Shown: positions 39,405 through 48,068 of the stretch, one piece after another
How positions within the stretch are numbered: the stretch's first letter is position 1
Layout of the letters: every line of letters begins with the position of its first letter
DNA from: an uncultured Candidatus Saccharibacteria bacterium
GTDB lineage: Bacteria; Patescibacteriota; Saccharimonadia; Saccharimonadales; AWTP1-31
NCBI GenBank assembly: GCA_964409615.1
Contig: CAYPDT010000001.1
Coordinates: 371,880 to 435,879 of the forward strand
Reading direction: 5' to 3'
Length of the DNA stretch: 64,000 nucleotides
The notes under the pieces: model-generated
What the model saw: the letters and a program-made list of their open reading frames with translations, nothing else
The model's database searches: none
Told to the model about the DNA's origin: nothing
Made by a program: the position numbers and the translations under genes

Positions 39405-39950
39405 ATGCCCCACATTCACACCCAGCCTAGCCAGCATGATTTAACTACCAGCGCGTTTATTATTCGTACCGATGGAGACAAGCCTAAAGCCGTTCTACAC
39501 CTGCACAAAAAACTGAATGTTTATATGCAATTTGGCGGACACGTTGAACTACATGAAAACCCCTGGCAAGCCATCAGTCATGAAATTCGAGAGGAATCAG
39601 GCTACGACCTCGACCAACTTACATTACTGCAACCAACCGAACGGTTAATTTCAAGTAAAGATACTCTACCAAGCGTAGTGCACCCTTACCCGTTCGCTGT
39701 ACAGACTCATCCAATCGGTAATATCGAACACAATCATACCGATATAAGTTATGCGTTTGTCACTGACCAACCGCCACGTAATCAACCCGACGAGGGTGAA
39801 GCCACCGACTTTATACTGCTAGATATCGACGAGCTGAGGTCATTACCAACCGACAAAATGCCCGCCAACGTACTTGAATCGTTTATCTTCGTTCTCGAAA
39901 CGTGCCTCCCCAATTGGGAGCAAGTGCCCGCCATCTCAGTCGCAAGCTAG
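39405..39950 (+). CDS. NUDIX hydrolase
   Basis: Nudix box GGHVELHENPWQAISHEIREESGY. Confidence 0.85.
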   Translation: MPHIHTQPSQHDLTTSAFIIRTDGDKPKAVLHLHKKLNVYMQFGGHVELHENPWQAISHEIREESGYDLDQLTLLQPTERLISSKDTLPSVVHPYPFAVQTHPIGNIEHNHTDISYAFVTDQPPRNQPDEGEATDFILLDIDELRSLPTDKMPANVLESFIFVLETCLPNWEQVPAISVAS

Positions 39951-39956
39951 TCAACT

Positions 39957-40505
39957 TTAGGACAACATATCTTTTAATAGGGCGAACTCAGTATAAGGCT
40001 GGTTATACGTCAGGGAACCCATGTGCCCCTGACCTTCAGCGAATATAAACGTAGCATTCAGTTTGTCTGCCGCTGGCCGAGCCTGCTTATCGTCGCAGCC
40101 CCACGGGTCATTATCAGAGTTAATAAGAATTATCTCTTCGGCGTGCTTCTGTATTTGTTCCCAATCAAAGCTATCTGGAAGCATATTGTTTGACTCACCC
40201 GAAATTTTCTCGTAATACCCGGCAACCAGAATTACTTTATGCACTTTTACCGTAAAGTCTTGCATCATATTCAGGATTAATGGGCATGCTGATGAGTGCC
40301 CAATGAAGATTGTTTCTTCATCGATGGGCGGTAAGTTCCGTTGCACAAAGTCTTTTGTTTCAGCAAGTTTGGGATGGTCGGTATTTGGCAGTAGGGGCCA
40401 CCAAACAGCGTAACCGAGTGATTCAAGGTGGGCTTTTGTGTCAGCAAACCAAAAGTAGTCTTTATCGCTTCCACCGCTACCATGCAACATAATTGCTTGT
40501 TTCAT
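39957..40505 (-). CDS. alpha/beta serine hydrolase (YdeN/RBBP9-like)
   Basis: 182 aa, with the nucleophile elbow GHSSA and an overall YdeN-like layout. Confidence 0.65.
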   Translation of the reverse strand: MKQAIMLHGSGGSDKDYFWFADTKAHLESLGYAVWWPLLPNTDHPKLAETKDFVQRNLPPIDEETIFIGHSSACPLILNMMQDFTVKVHKVILVAGYYEKISGESNNMLPDSFDWEQIQKHAEEIILINSDNDPWGCDDKQARPAADKLNATFIFAEGQGHMGSLTYNQPYTEFALLKDMLS

Positions 40506-40523
40506 ACGTCAATAATATCAGAC

Positions 40524-40551
40524 AAAATAAAAAAACCTCCGAAGAGGTTTT
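40524..40551 (-). terminator. intrinsic terminator downstream of tRNA-Met
   Basis: AACCTC-TTCG-GAGGTT on the minus strand, followed by TTTTTTTATTTT. Confidence 0.65.
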
Positions 40552-40565
40552 TGATATCCAAGCTA

Positions 40566-40642
40566 TGGTAGCGGCGACAAGACTTGAACTTGTGACCCCA
40601 GGCTTATGAGTCCTGTGCTCTAACCAGCTGAGCTACGCCGCC
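40566..40642 (-). tRNA. tRNA-Met (anticodon CAT), elongator type
   Basis: 77-nt cloverleaf GGCGGCGTAGCTCAGCTGGTTAGAGCACAGGACTCATAAGCCTGGGGTCACAAGTTCAAGTCTTGTCGCCGCTACCA. It closely parallels the E. coli elongator tRNA-Met as I recall it. CCA is encoded. Confidence 0.85.
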
Positions 40643-41149
40643 ATATTTGAGGACAGGCTTGAATATACCATATTCTTATCTGTTAGGCTAGTCTTTGTCA
40701 TCTACCCTTGCCTATTGGGTTTAGTATTGCCAAAAATAAAAACTCCCCTTTGCAGAGGAGTTTTTATAAGATTGTGATGTTGATGAGTGTTAGCTCAAAA
40801 TATCATCGAATTCTATAATGTTGTTGTCATTCGTTGGAATGAGTTCGTAAGCTAGTAAATTGCTTAGTTTCATAATGTTTCGGTGCCCTTTTCGTTTTTT
40901 TATTGGTTTGTTTTGATTGATATTGTTTTTGTTTTATGATCATTAAAACAAGTATCATTATACATAAGCTTGATGATTTGTCAATAGTATTTCAATAAAA
41001 AGTTTTGTTTTAGGTGTTTTTGTGCTTTAATGCAGGGGCAGGTTCTTTCGTTCAATGCAGTCATATTTCTTGGTTTTTGACCAGTAGCTAGGGCAGCAGA
41101 GTAGATAGAAATGGTCGTACCTAGCGGTTAAACACAAGGAAATATATAC

Positions 41150-41467
41150 ATGTACAAACTTTTTGTAGGTGGATTGCCATTTGCAACCACTGACGAAGAA
41201 CTCGGCCAAATTTTTGGCGAGCACGGTACCGTTGCTTCAGCAGTTGTGGTCAAAGACCGCGAAACTGGACGCAGCAAGGGCTTTGGCTTTGTTGAGTTCG
41301 AAAACGACGAAGAAGGAAAAGCAGCTGAGAAGGCACTACACAACAGTGACCTCGGCGGCCGATCTATCACCGTCAACGAAGCACGTCCAAAAGAAGATCG
41401 ACCTCGTCGAGACTTCGGTGGAAACGGCGGCGGCAACGGCGGTTCATTCCGTCAGCGCAGCTGGTAG
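41150..41467 (+). CDS. RRM-type RNA-binding protein with Gly-rich tail
   Basis: RNP-2 LFVGGLP, RNP-1 KGFGFVEF, and a C-terminal GGNGGGNGGS tail. Confidence 0.9.
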   Translation: MYKLFVGGLPFATTDEELGQIFGEHGTVASAVVVKDRETGRSKGFGFVEFENDEEGKAAEKALHNSDLGGRSITVNEARPKEDRPRRDFGGNGGGNGGSFRQRSW

Positions 41468-41488
41468 TCTAACTACCTTCACCAAAAA

Positions 41489-41512
41489 AGACCCTTTCGA
41501 GGGTCTTTTTTA
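41489..41512 (+). terminator. intrinsic terminator after the RRM gene
   Basis: AGACCCT-TTCG-AGGGTCT followed by TTTTTT. Confidence 0.7.
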
Positions 41513-41649
41513 CTTTCCTTTACTTTCATTTTCTTTCCTGTGCAATGCTCTAGCGCATAGCCCCGAAGCTGACTCAGGGCGTAGTGCGCTCTGTGCTATA
41601 TAGCAGTGCAGCAAAACGGCCTGTTAAGGGGGCAATGCGCGGAGTTAAA

Positions 41650-42036
41650 CTACTCTTTAAAAACGACACCGGTAGAGTTAGGGTCTGCCGGCTTCTCTTC
41701 TTCGGCTTTGGGTGGCGGAACCTTTATCTTGCTCCAGTCTGGAGCTTTGTTCTGTTCCCAAATAACCACTCTGTAGCGCAAATACACGGCATACACAGCT
41801 AAACCAAAAGCAGCTGGCATGGTTACTATCAGAGCCAAGTTGAGAATCGGCACCAACACTGCAATCACGGTAAGCACTACCGCACCAGCTAGGTACAGCA
41901 AAACCTTCTTAAGTTTCTTGTCGAGTGGTATAACGGGCTCACCCGTAAATTGTATGGGGCTGACACCTTCTTTGAGGGTTTTATTGGGGTCGTGCGGGTC
42001 ATTCATAATTATATTTTTCCATAACCATAATACCAC
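41650..42036 (-). CDS. hypothetical membrane protein
   Basis: 128-aa ORF with two TM helices. The likely start is MNDPHDP (42006). Confidence 0.5.
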   Translation of the reverse strand: MVLWLWKNIIMNDPHDPNKTLKEGVSPIQFTGEPVIPLDKKLKKVLLYLAGAVVLTVIAVLVPILNLALIVTMPAAFGLAVYAVYLRYRVVIWEQNKAPDWSKIKVPPPKAEEEKPADPNSTGVVFKE

Positions 42037-42073
42037 CTAGCGACCAGACAAATACCCGACTTTTTAACCTTGG

Positions 42074-42328
42074 CTATGCTCGGGATGAAAAAGCTTTATA
42101 GACTCCCAAGAGCACGACCGCACCAAGCACAGCTATTAGTAAACTGCCTATGTTAAAGCCAGTCACGCCAGAACCACCGACGAATCTACTCAGATAACCA
42201 CCAATGATAGCACCGATAATTCCAACCGCTATATTTGCTAATCCACCCTGCTGCTCATCGGTATTCATAACCAACGAAGCAATCCAGCCGGCGAGTGCGC
42301 CGAAAATAACCCAAGCGATAATTGACAT
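42074..42328 (-). CDS. GlsB/YeaQ/YmgE family stress-response membrane protein
   Basis: 84 aa. MSIIAWVIFGALAGWIASLV...GIIGAIIGG is typical of transglycosylase-associated proteins. Confidence 0.8.
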   Translation of the reverse strand: MSIIAWVIFGALAGWIASLVMNTDEQQGGLANIAVGIIGAIIGGYLSRFVGGSGVTGFNIGSLLIAVLGAVVLLGVYKAFSSRA

Positions 42329-42359
42329 GTTTGTTCTCCTGTTTATTACAATTTACTGT

Positions 42360-42581
42360 TTACATCGCGTAGCCGATGCCGGCAAATGCAGCATGGCTCC
42401 GTCGATGATGTTTGGCATCATGAGCATACACTTCTCGTGCATGTGTATGGAGCGGACTGGCTACCATATCAGCCTCAAGATCCCTGGTTAGGGTATTAAT
42501 GGGCTGAGCTAACTCCGGATATTGCCGTTCTTTCCGGGCGATGAAGTTGTGAATCTTCTTATCGAGTGTTGCTTGTCTCAT
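42360..42581 (-). CDS. hypothetical protein
   Basis: 73-aa His-rich ORF upstream of the GlsB-like gene on the same strand. Confidence 0.35.
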   Translation of the reverse strand: MRQATLDKKIHNFIARKERQYPELAQPINTLTRDLEADMVASPLHTHAREVYAHDAKHHRRSHAAFAGIGYAM

Positions 42582-42726
42582 AAGTTCCCCCCTTATTTGA
42601 GTACACCACTATAGTACTGTCTGTTACTGATATTTAGCTGTAAGGAACTTTATGCGTAGTGTGTAATATTTATTACTCTTTTTAGCTATTTCCGACAGGT
42701 ATACTACTGTTATATAGAACGCCGTT

Positions 42727-44490
42727 ATGAACCAAAAATTTAAGAAGCTCACCATTATCCCAGCCCCGTCGTCAAAGACGTATATAGTTGCTAGCCTCAG
42801 TGTGTTTGTAGCCTGTATGGCTGTAACCCTATGGGGTTGGAATAGCGCAAAACAAAACCTGCACAATGATTTGCAAAATACGCTCAACAGCGGCACCAGT
42901 TCCGTCCGTGATACCATAGGCAACACTCTTAATTCATATACGGAGGTACTCCGCGGTGGAGCTGGATTGTTTAATGCTACCGAGAATGTGAATCAGGATA
43001 CGTGGCGCCGTTATATTGGCAGCCTAGACGCACCAGCACGTTACCCTGGCCTGCAAGCTGTTGGCTACATACAACTGGTGCAAGCGACCGACCTGGATAG
43101 CTTTTTACAGAACAACCCCTCTCCTTTTGGTGATCAGTACGATATTCAACCTAACTACCCACGCGAGCTTTACGCTGTTAGTCGTTTTGCTGAACCACTC
43201 ACTGAGCGTAATGCCAAAACCATCGGATACGACCCGTTTACCGAACCAACCCGCCGGCGTGCCATGGAGCAAGCTCGTGACAGTGGTCAGGCGACGATTA
43301 CCATGCGCACAACGCTTCTGCGAGATAACGAGCAGCCTCAACCTGGCTTTCTAGTGTATCAACCAGTTTACCGCCCAGGTGCCCCTACCGACACGCTAGC
43401 CCAGCGACGTGAAGCCATACAGGGTTATATTTCGGCTGGAGTTCGTACTCATGAGTTAATTGATAAGTTGTTTGCAAAGGTTATTACTAAAGATTCTGCT
43501 ATATTGATCTACGATGGCACTGAACAAAAACCAGATAATCTTATCTACCAATCTGCCACGTACCAAAACTTAATCTCACAAAAAGGCCTTACCACCACTA
43601 GCCAAGTATTAGAGGCTGGGCCTAATAAATGGACAATCGTCACATTTGTAAATGATAACGTTGCCTCAGGCGTACAACGCAAACAGCCTCAAGAAATTTT
43701 GATTGGTGGGGCCGTTTTCAGCTTTTTGATAGCATCCTTGTTATTTATTATCATGACCAGCCGAGCGCGTACTATTGCCAATGAAAAAAGTTTAGAGGTA
43801 CAAGAAGCCAAAGACAGTCTAATCTCGCTGGCTTCGCACCAGTTACGCACCCCCGCTACTGGCGTTAAGCAGTTCGTGGGAATGGTGCTCGAAGGCTACG
43901 CTGGCAAGATAACTAAAGAGCAGCGACGGATGCTCGAAAAAGCCTATAGCAGCAATGAACGACAGTTAGAAATTATTAACCAAATTCTCCACGTTACTCG
44001 AGCCGATTCTGGACGCCTAGTATTGAACAAAGAAAAACTAGATGTGAATAGCCTGGTTCAATCAATACTAGATGAATATCGCGCCGCACTGGCAAAACGG
44101 GGGCAGAAAATTATCTTTAAAAAGACTACAAAAAGCTTGTTGGTATCTGCTGACCGCCAGTATTTGTCTATGGCAATCGACAATCTTATTAGTAACGCTA
44201 GCAAATACTCTTACCCCCAAACCAGTATTCGGGTTAGCACCCGGGCTGATGGAGATAATATTGTCATTCAGGTGACCGATAAAGGAGTCGGGATTCACGG
44301 AGACGATATGCACCGCTTATTCCAAAAGTTTTCGCGCATCGATAACGAATTATCTGTCGAGGCCGGCGGTAATGGTATTGGGCTATACCTCTGTCGTGAA
44401 ATTATTGCCTTACACAACGGCGATATTAGTGTCGATTCCGACCCAGATGCTGGCTCGACCTTTACCATATCCATACCGAAGCGTTCCTAA
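42727..44490 (+). CDS. sensor histidine kinase with CHASE-like extracytoplasmic domain
   Basis: Layout is TM, a roughly 290-aa sensor (...YPGLQAVGYI...GYDPFTEPTRRRAMEQARDSG...), then a second TM. H-box SHQLRTPAT. HATPase_c motifs are NASKYS, DKGVGI and GIGLYL. Confidence 0.85.
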   Translation: MNQKFKKLTIIPAPSSKTYIVASLSVFVACMAVTLWGWNSAKQNLHNDLQNTLNSGTSSVRDTIGNTLNSYTEVLRGGAGLFNATENVNQDTWRRYIGSLDAPARYPGLQAVGYIQLVQATDLDSFLQNNPSPFGDQYDIQPNYPRELYAVSRFAEPLTERNAKTIGYDPFTEPTRRRAMEQARDSGQATITMRTTLLRDNEQPQPGFLVYQPVYRPGAPTDTLAQRREAIQGYISAGVRTHELIDKLFAKVITKDSAILIYDGTEQKPDNLIYQSATYQNLISQKGLTTTSQVLEAGPNKWTIVTFVNDNVASGVQRKQPQEILIGGAVFSFLIASLLFIIMTSRARTIANEKSLEVQEAKDSLISLASHQLRTPATGVKQFVGMVLEGYAGKITKEQRRMLEKAYSSNERQLEIINQILHVTRADSGRLVLNKEKLDVNSLVQSILDEYRAALAKRGQKIIFKKTTKSLLVSADRQYLSMAIDNLISNASKYSYPQTSIRVSTRADGDNIVIQVTDKGVGIHGDDMHRLFQKFSRIDNELSVEAGGNGIGLYLCREIIALHNGDISVDSDPDAGSTFTISIPKRS

Positions 44491-44601
44491 TGTTGTACTA
44501 ACGATTGTTAAAATTCTTACGAATTAAGCCCCTGTAAGATGCTATTGTAGAGTAGACAAACTATAGTAGACGAATCACTGCAAGGAATCACAACACACAA
44601 T

Positions 44602-45000
44602 ATGGCAAACATTCTCATTGTTGAAGACGAAACCAGTCTAAACGAAGCCTACAATATTATCCTCACAAAAGAGGGCCACAAACCGACTTCGGTTTTTAAT
44701 GGTTTACAGGCACTGAAAGCAGTTGCCAAACAAGTGCCTGACTTAATTCTGCTGGATTTACGTATGCCCGAAATGGACGGCGTAGCCTTTTTAGAAAAGC
44801 TACAAGCGCCGACCAATCATCCCAAGACAAAGATAATTATCTTTAGCAATTACGATGTACAACAAGATATCGACGAAGCTTTTAAGCTTGGGGCAACGCG
44901 CTACATGCTCAAAGCCTGGGCTTCACCCAAAGAACTTGTGAGGGTTGTCAACGAAACACTAACCGACAAGCCTAGTAAAGGGCAAGTGAAGAAAACCTAG
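44602..45000 (+). CDS. response regulator, receiver domain only (CheY-like)
   Basis: ILIVEDE...DLILLDLRMPEMDG...KAW. No output domain. Confidence 0.88.
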   Translation: MANILIVEDETSLNEAYNIILTKEGHKPTSVFNGLQALKAVAKQVPDLILLDLRMPEMDGVAFLEKLQAPTNHPKTKIIIFSNYDVQQDIDEAFKLGATRYMLKAWASPKELVRVVNETLTDKPSKGQVKKT

Positions 45001-45311
45001 GCGATAGATTCTGCCAACCAAGCCTGAACGCTTGGAGTAGTATGAATAACAGGAACAGCCGTAATTGCAGGTGTATCATAGCTATGAAGCGTGGTGACCA
45101 GCTGCGCAATCTGGTCAAATTTTTCTGCAACGCTTTCCATAATCAACAACTCTTCGACCGCTTGTTCTTGCGCGCCCTCCCACCAATACCGTGAGGTTAC
45201 GCTACTGCGTCGAGCGCAGGCAATGAGCTTAGCATCCAGCAGCGCAGTGCTAATCTTCTCTGCTTCAGCTACATTTGCACAAGTGAGCATAATATTAATC
45301 ATTTGTATCAT
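44997..45311 (-). CDS. cutA: divalent-cation tolerance protein CutA
   Basis: 104-aa CutA1 pattern (...KLIACA...S.YWWEG...E..L..K). Confidence 0.8.
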   Translation of the reverse strand: MIQMINIMLTCANVAEAEKISTALLDAKLIACARRSSVTSRYWWEGAQEQAVEELLIMESVAEKFDQIAQLVTTLHSYDTPAITAVPVIHTTPSVQAWLAESIA

Positions 45312-45988
45312 ATGGTTAACTCCCTTAATTCATCTTCGCCAAGCACTTGTCGCATTTTTTCTGCAGACAGAATGTAGCGCTGGTTCTGGTAATTAATAAT
45401 CTTTTGCTTGCGCAACTTACCCAATTCTACGGCCGTTGTTTCACGCGTCATACCAATCATGTGTGCCAAGTCTTGGTGGGTTAGGCGGATGTCTATCTTA
45501 AAAACACCCGGTCGAATCTCTTGCCCAAAACGCAATGACAACCACTGCAAGATACGCAGTAGCTTCTCTGCCGCCTTGGTTTGCTCGAGCGCCGAAATAT
45601 GCAGCGTTGCTCCAACGTATAAGTTAATGTATCGGTGCAGAGTAAAGGCTAGCATGTCTTTACTTGCCTCGAGCGCTTCGATTAAGTTTTGGCGCGGCAC
45701 CGCATACAGCTCAGCATCAGTAAAAGCATCACAGTAGTATTGCGACACCGGCGATTTTTTAAACAACCACTCTACCGGCAAAAAACCATCGGTATCTGTA
45801 AACGTAATCACCTTTTCTTCACCATTAGCGTTGATATCGTACACCTTGATGATGCCCTTTTTAACGACATAAGCGCTGCGAGGCACCTCGCCCTGATACA
45901 ATACCGGCCAACCCTTTTTGAGCTTACGCACGGGATACTGCTGCAAAAATTCAGTCAACTCCTTAGGTGTGGGATTATCCATATACAC
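45308..45988 (-). CDS. Crp/Fnr family transcriptional regulator
   Basis: cNMP-binding beta-roll followed by a C-terminal HTH (THQDLAHMIGMTRETTAVELGKL). Overlaps cutA by 4 nt. Confidence 0.85.
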   Translation of the reverse strand: MYMDNPTPKELTEFLQQYPVRKLKKGWPVLYQGEVPRSAYVVKKGIIKVYDINANGEEKVITFTDTDGFLPVEWLFKKSPVSQYYCDAFTDAELYAVPRQNLIEALEASKDMLAFTLHRYINLYVGATLHISALEQTKAAEKLLRILQWLSLRFGQEIRPGVFKIDIRLTHQDLAHMIGMTRETTAVELGKLRKQKIINYQNQRYILSAEKMRQVLGEDELRELTI

Positions 45989-46077
45989 ATTATACGCGGT
46001 TACTCACGGTTAACTTAATAACCAACCATGATATTGACTATTTCACATCTGTTTAGTACTATATAGGCTGCCTTTAA

Positions 46078-46152
46078 CGCGGGGTAGAGCAGTGGCAGCT
46101 CGTGTGGCTCATAACCACAAGGTCGCAGGTTCGAGTCCTGCCCCCGCTACCA
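46078..46152 (+). tRNA. tRNA-Met (anticodon CAT), initiator-like
   Basis: CGCGGGGTAGAGCAGTGGCAGCTCGTGTGGCTCATAACCACAAGGTCGCAGGTTCGAGTCCTGCCCCCGCTACCA. It has a C1xU72 mismatch at the top of the acceptor stem and strong resemblance to bacterial tRNA-fMet. Only 2 of the usual 3 anticodon-stem G-C pairs are present. Confidence 0.8.
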
Positions 46153-46164
46153 TAAGTACTTCGG

Positions 46165-46192
46165 CCTCTGGAAACAGAGGTCTTTTCTTTTG
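46165..46192 (+). terminator. intrinsic terminator after the tRNA
   Basis: CCTCTG-GAAA-CAGAGG followed by TCTTTTCTTTTG. Confidence 0.65.
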
Positions 46193-46230
46193 TCTCTGAC
46201 AGGATCATACTTATGGTTAACTAATCAAGG

Positions 46231-46959
46231 ATGAGAATGAAATTAAAGAATAATCAGTCTGGTATCGCACATGTTGCAGCAATATTATTAGTCGTTGTTA
46301 TTGCAGTTGTTGGTTTTGTTGGGTGGAAGGTTTGGGATGGCAATAAAACTAAAAACGGTACAAGTACTTCGCCTGCATCTCTTGAAAACAAGAATAAAGA
46401 AATCGCTAAGCCTGTTGATGAATATACAAACTGGAAAACCGCGTCCTTTGAACTTGCTGAAGCAAGCTTTAAGTATCCAAGTAGTCTTAAACTTACTCAC
46501 GAAGTAAAAGCCGATGCCAGTGCAAATACTGGATTTGAAACTTATACCTTAACAGCTTCTGATGACACCTTTATATCAATTGTTGCCTACCACTTTCTAG
46601 GTGGCTTTACTGGTGACGAACCTAAGTATCTAATTGATGAGGTAGTTACTGGTACAGATAAGACTAACAGCCGAGAGTTCTCTGCAATTGCGTATAAAAA
46701 CGAGAATGGTCTTTACGATACGATACATGTAATGGACTCAACACAAACTAAATACAAAGTAGGTGAAGAAAAGCAACTATTTCTTACGTCCTTTGCGGCG
46801 AAACCAAAAGGTAGCAACAAAGACAGCTCAAAAATATCCATAACTTTTTCTGGAAAAAAGTATGCCACATACAAAACCCTTGCTGAACTGAAATCGATTG
46901 GTGCATACAAAGATGCTGAAAAATTCTTAAACTCACTTAATATTCCTGCACCTAATTAG
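46231..46959 (+). CDS. membrane-anchored hypothetical protein
   Basis: 242-aa ORF with signal anchor IAHVAAILLVVVIAVVGFVGW. No family recognised. Confidence 0.55.
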   Translation: MRMKLKNNQSGIAHVAAILLVVVIAVVGFVGWKVWDGNKTKNGTSTSPASLENKNKEIAKPVDEYTNWKTASFELAEASFKYPSSLKLTHEVKADASANTGFETYTLTASDDTFISIVAYHFLGGFTGDEPKYLIDEVVTGTDKTNSREFSAIAYKNENGLYDTIHVMDSTQTKYKVGEEKQLFLTSFAAKPKGSNKDSSKISITFSGKKYATYKTLAELKSIGAYKDAEKFLNSLNIPAPN

Positions 46960-47104
46960 TGGTCCTAGTCTGCTGTGGTAGAGTTACTCGAACCTGCCAC
47001 TTCCCTGACCAGTATTAGGGCAAGCGGTGTATAATTCCTCGTAGCTATGGAGGCACTAGCCGAGCGCTTTTAGCCCTCAAGCTTTTACAACTGGAAGCAC
47101 ACTC

Positions 47105-47776
47105 TTAATCGTCGAGGTGGTAAATGAGGCTTTCCTCATTGTTCTTCGTAGTATTAACGTCCCTGCTTACCGTGTGCATTATTAAAGCTCCGTCTTCGAG
47201 TGGTCGCAGTAGAGGCTCTATGTCATCTCTGGTCTCGCTTGATGGCCTCAGCCAAGCATCTTCATCCTCGGGGTGTAAAATGACTGGCATTCTGTTATGA
47301 ATTTTAGCCATCTCCTTATTTGGTTCGGTGGTGATTATTGAAAAGGTAAGTAACTCCTTGCCTTCCGAATCTTTCCAGGAACTAAAGACCCCTGCAAAGC
47401 TAAACATTTTCTTGTCTTTCGGTTGGATGAAGTATGGTTGCTTCATCTTCTCGTCAACCGCTTTCCACTCGTAGAAGCCACTGGAGGGTATCAGGCAGCG
47501 TTTATGTAGCGCCGATGACTTCCACATAGGTTTATCGAATACTGACTCACTACGTGCATTAATAAGCTTATATCCAATGTTGATGTCCTTAGCCCATACG
47601 GGTACCAGTCCCCATTTCATAAGTAGAACTTTGTTCTTACCTCCATCGTCCACTATGACTGGCATTATCTGCCCCGGCGCAACATTGTAGTTAGCGTGAA
47701 TCTGTCCCGCCTTGGCGCTCAGATTGAAGCGTTTAGTCAGCTCAGCTGTTCCGAAGAGTGTATAGCGACCGCACAT
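47105..47776 (-). CDS. SOS-response-associated peptidase (SRAP/YedK) abasic-site processing protein
   Basis: N-terminal MCGRY catalytic Cys2, with the family pattern throughout. Confidence 0.9.
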   Translation of the reverse strand: MCGRYTLFGTAELTKRFNLSAKAGQIHANYNVAPGQIMPVIVDDGGKNKVLLMKWGLVPVWAKDINIGYKLINARSESVFDKPMWKSSALHKRCLIPSSGFYEWKAVDEKMKQPYFIQPKDKKMFSFAGVFSSWKDSEGKELLTFSIITTEPNKEMAKIHNRMPVILHPEDEDAWLRPSSETRDDIEPLLRPLEDGALIMHTVSRDVNTTKNNEESLIYHLDD

Positions 47777-47801
47777 ATTTACATTTTACAGGAGATACCA
47801 A

Positions 47802-48068
47802 ATGAAACAGAAGATTAATGAAGAAGTAAGCGTCATCATGTACTACAGCTCAAAGGTAAAGCATATCCAGCCTTACCTTCTGCACTGGCAGAGCAACGAC
47901 TACCCCTTGGGTAAAGTCAGCTACTACCACAGCTATATGGAGGGTCGTGACCGCCAACACATCTTTGAGCTAACTGACAAAGCACAGAGCATGTGGTTCA
48001 GGCTCAGACTTGATTCTAAAAACCTACACTGGACATTGGAGGCTGTACACGATGGAAATGCCTATTAA
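47802..48068 (+). CDS. hypothetical protein upstream of the Y-family polymerase
   Basis: 88-aa ORF with GGAG upstream. Overlaps the polymerase start by 17 nt. Confidence 0.45.
   Translation: MKQKINEEVSVIMYYSSKVKHIQPYLLHWQSNDYPLGKVSYYHSYMEGRDRQHIFELTDKAQSMWFRLRLDSKNLHWTLEAVHDGNAY

Noticed and set aside
40643-41149. AT-rich spacer as a replication origin.
   Set aside because: I saw no clustered DnaA-box-like 9-mers (TTATCCACA or its complement). There is also no dnaA or dnaN nearby.
41128-41603. ORFs 41128-41436 (minus strand) and 41169-41603 (plus strand) overlapping the RRM gene.
   Set aside because: The RRM frame has canonical RNP-1 and RNP-2 motifs. The alternatives are low-complexity shadows.
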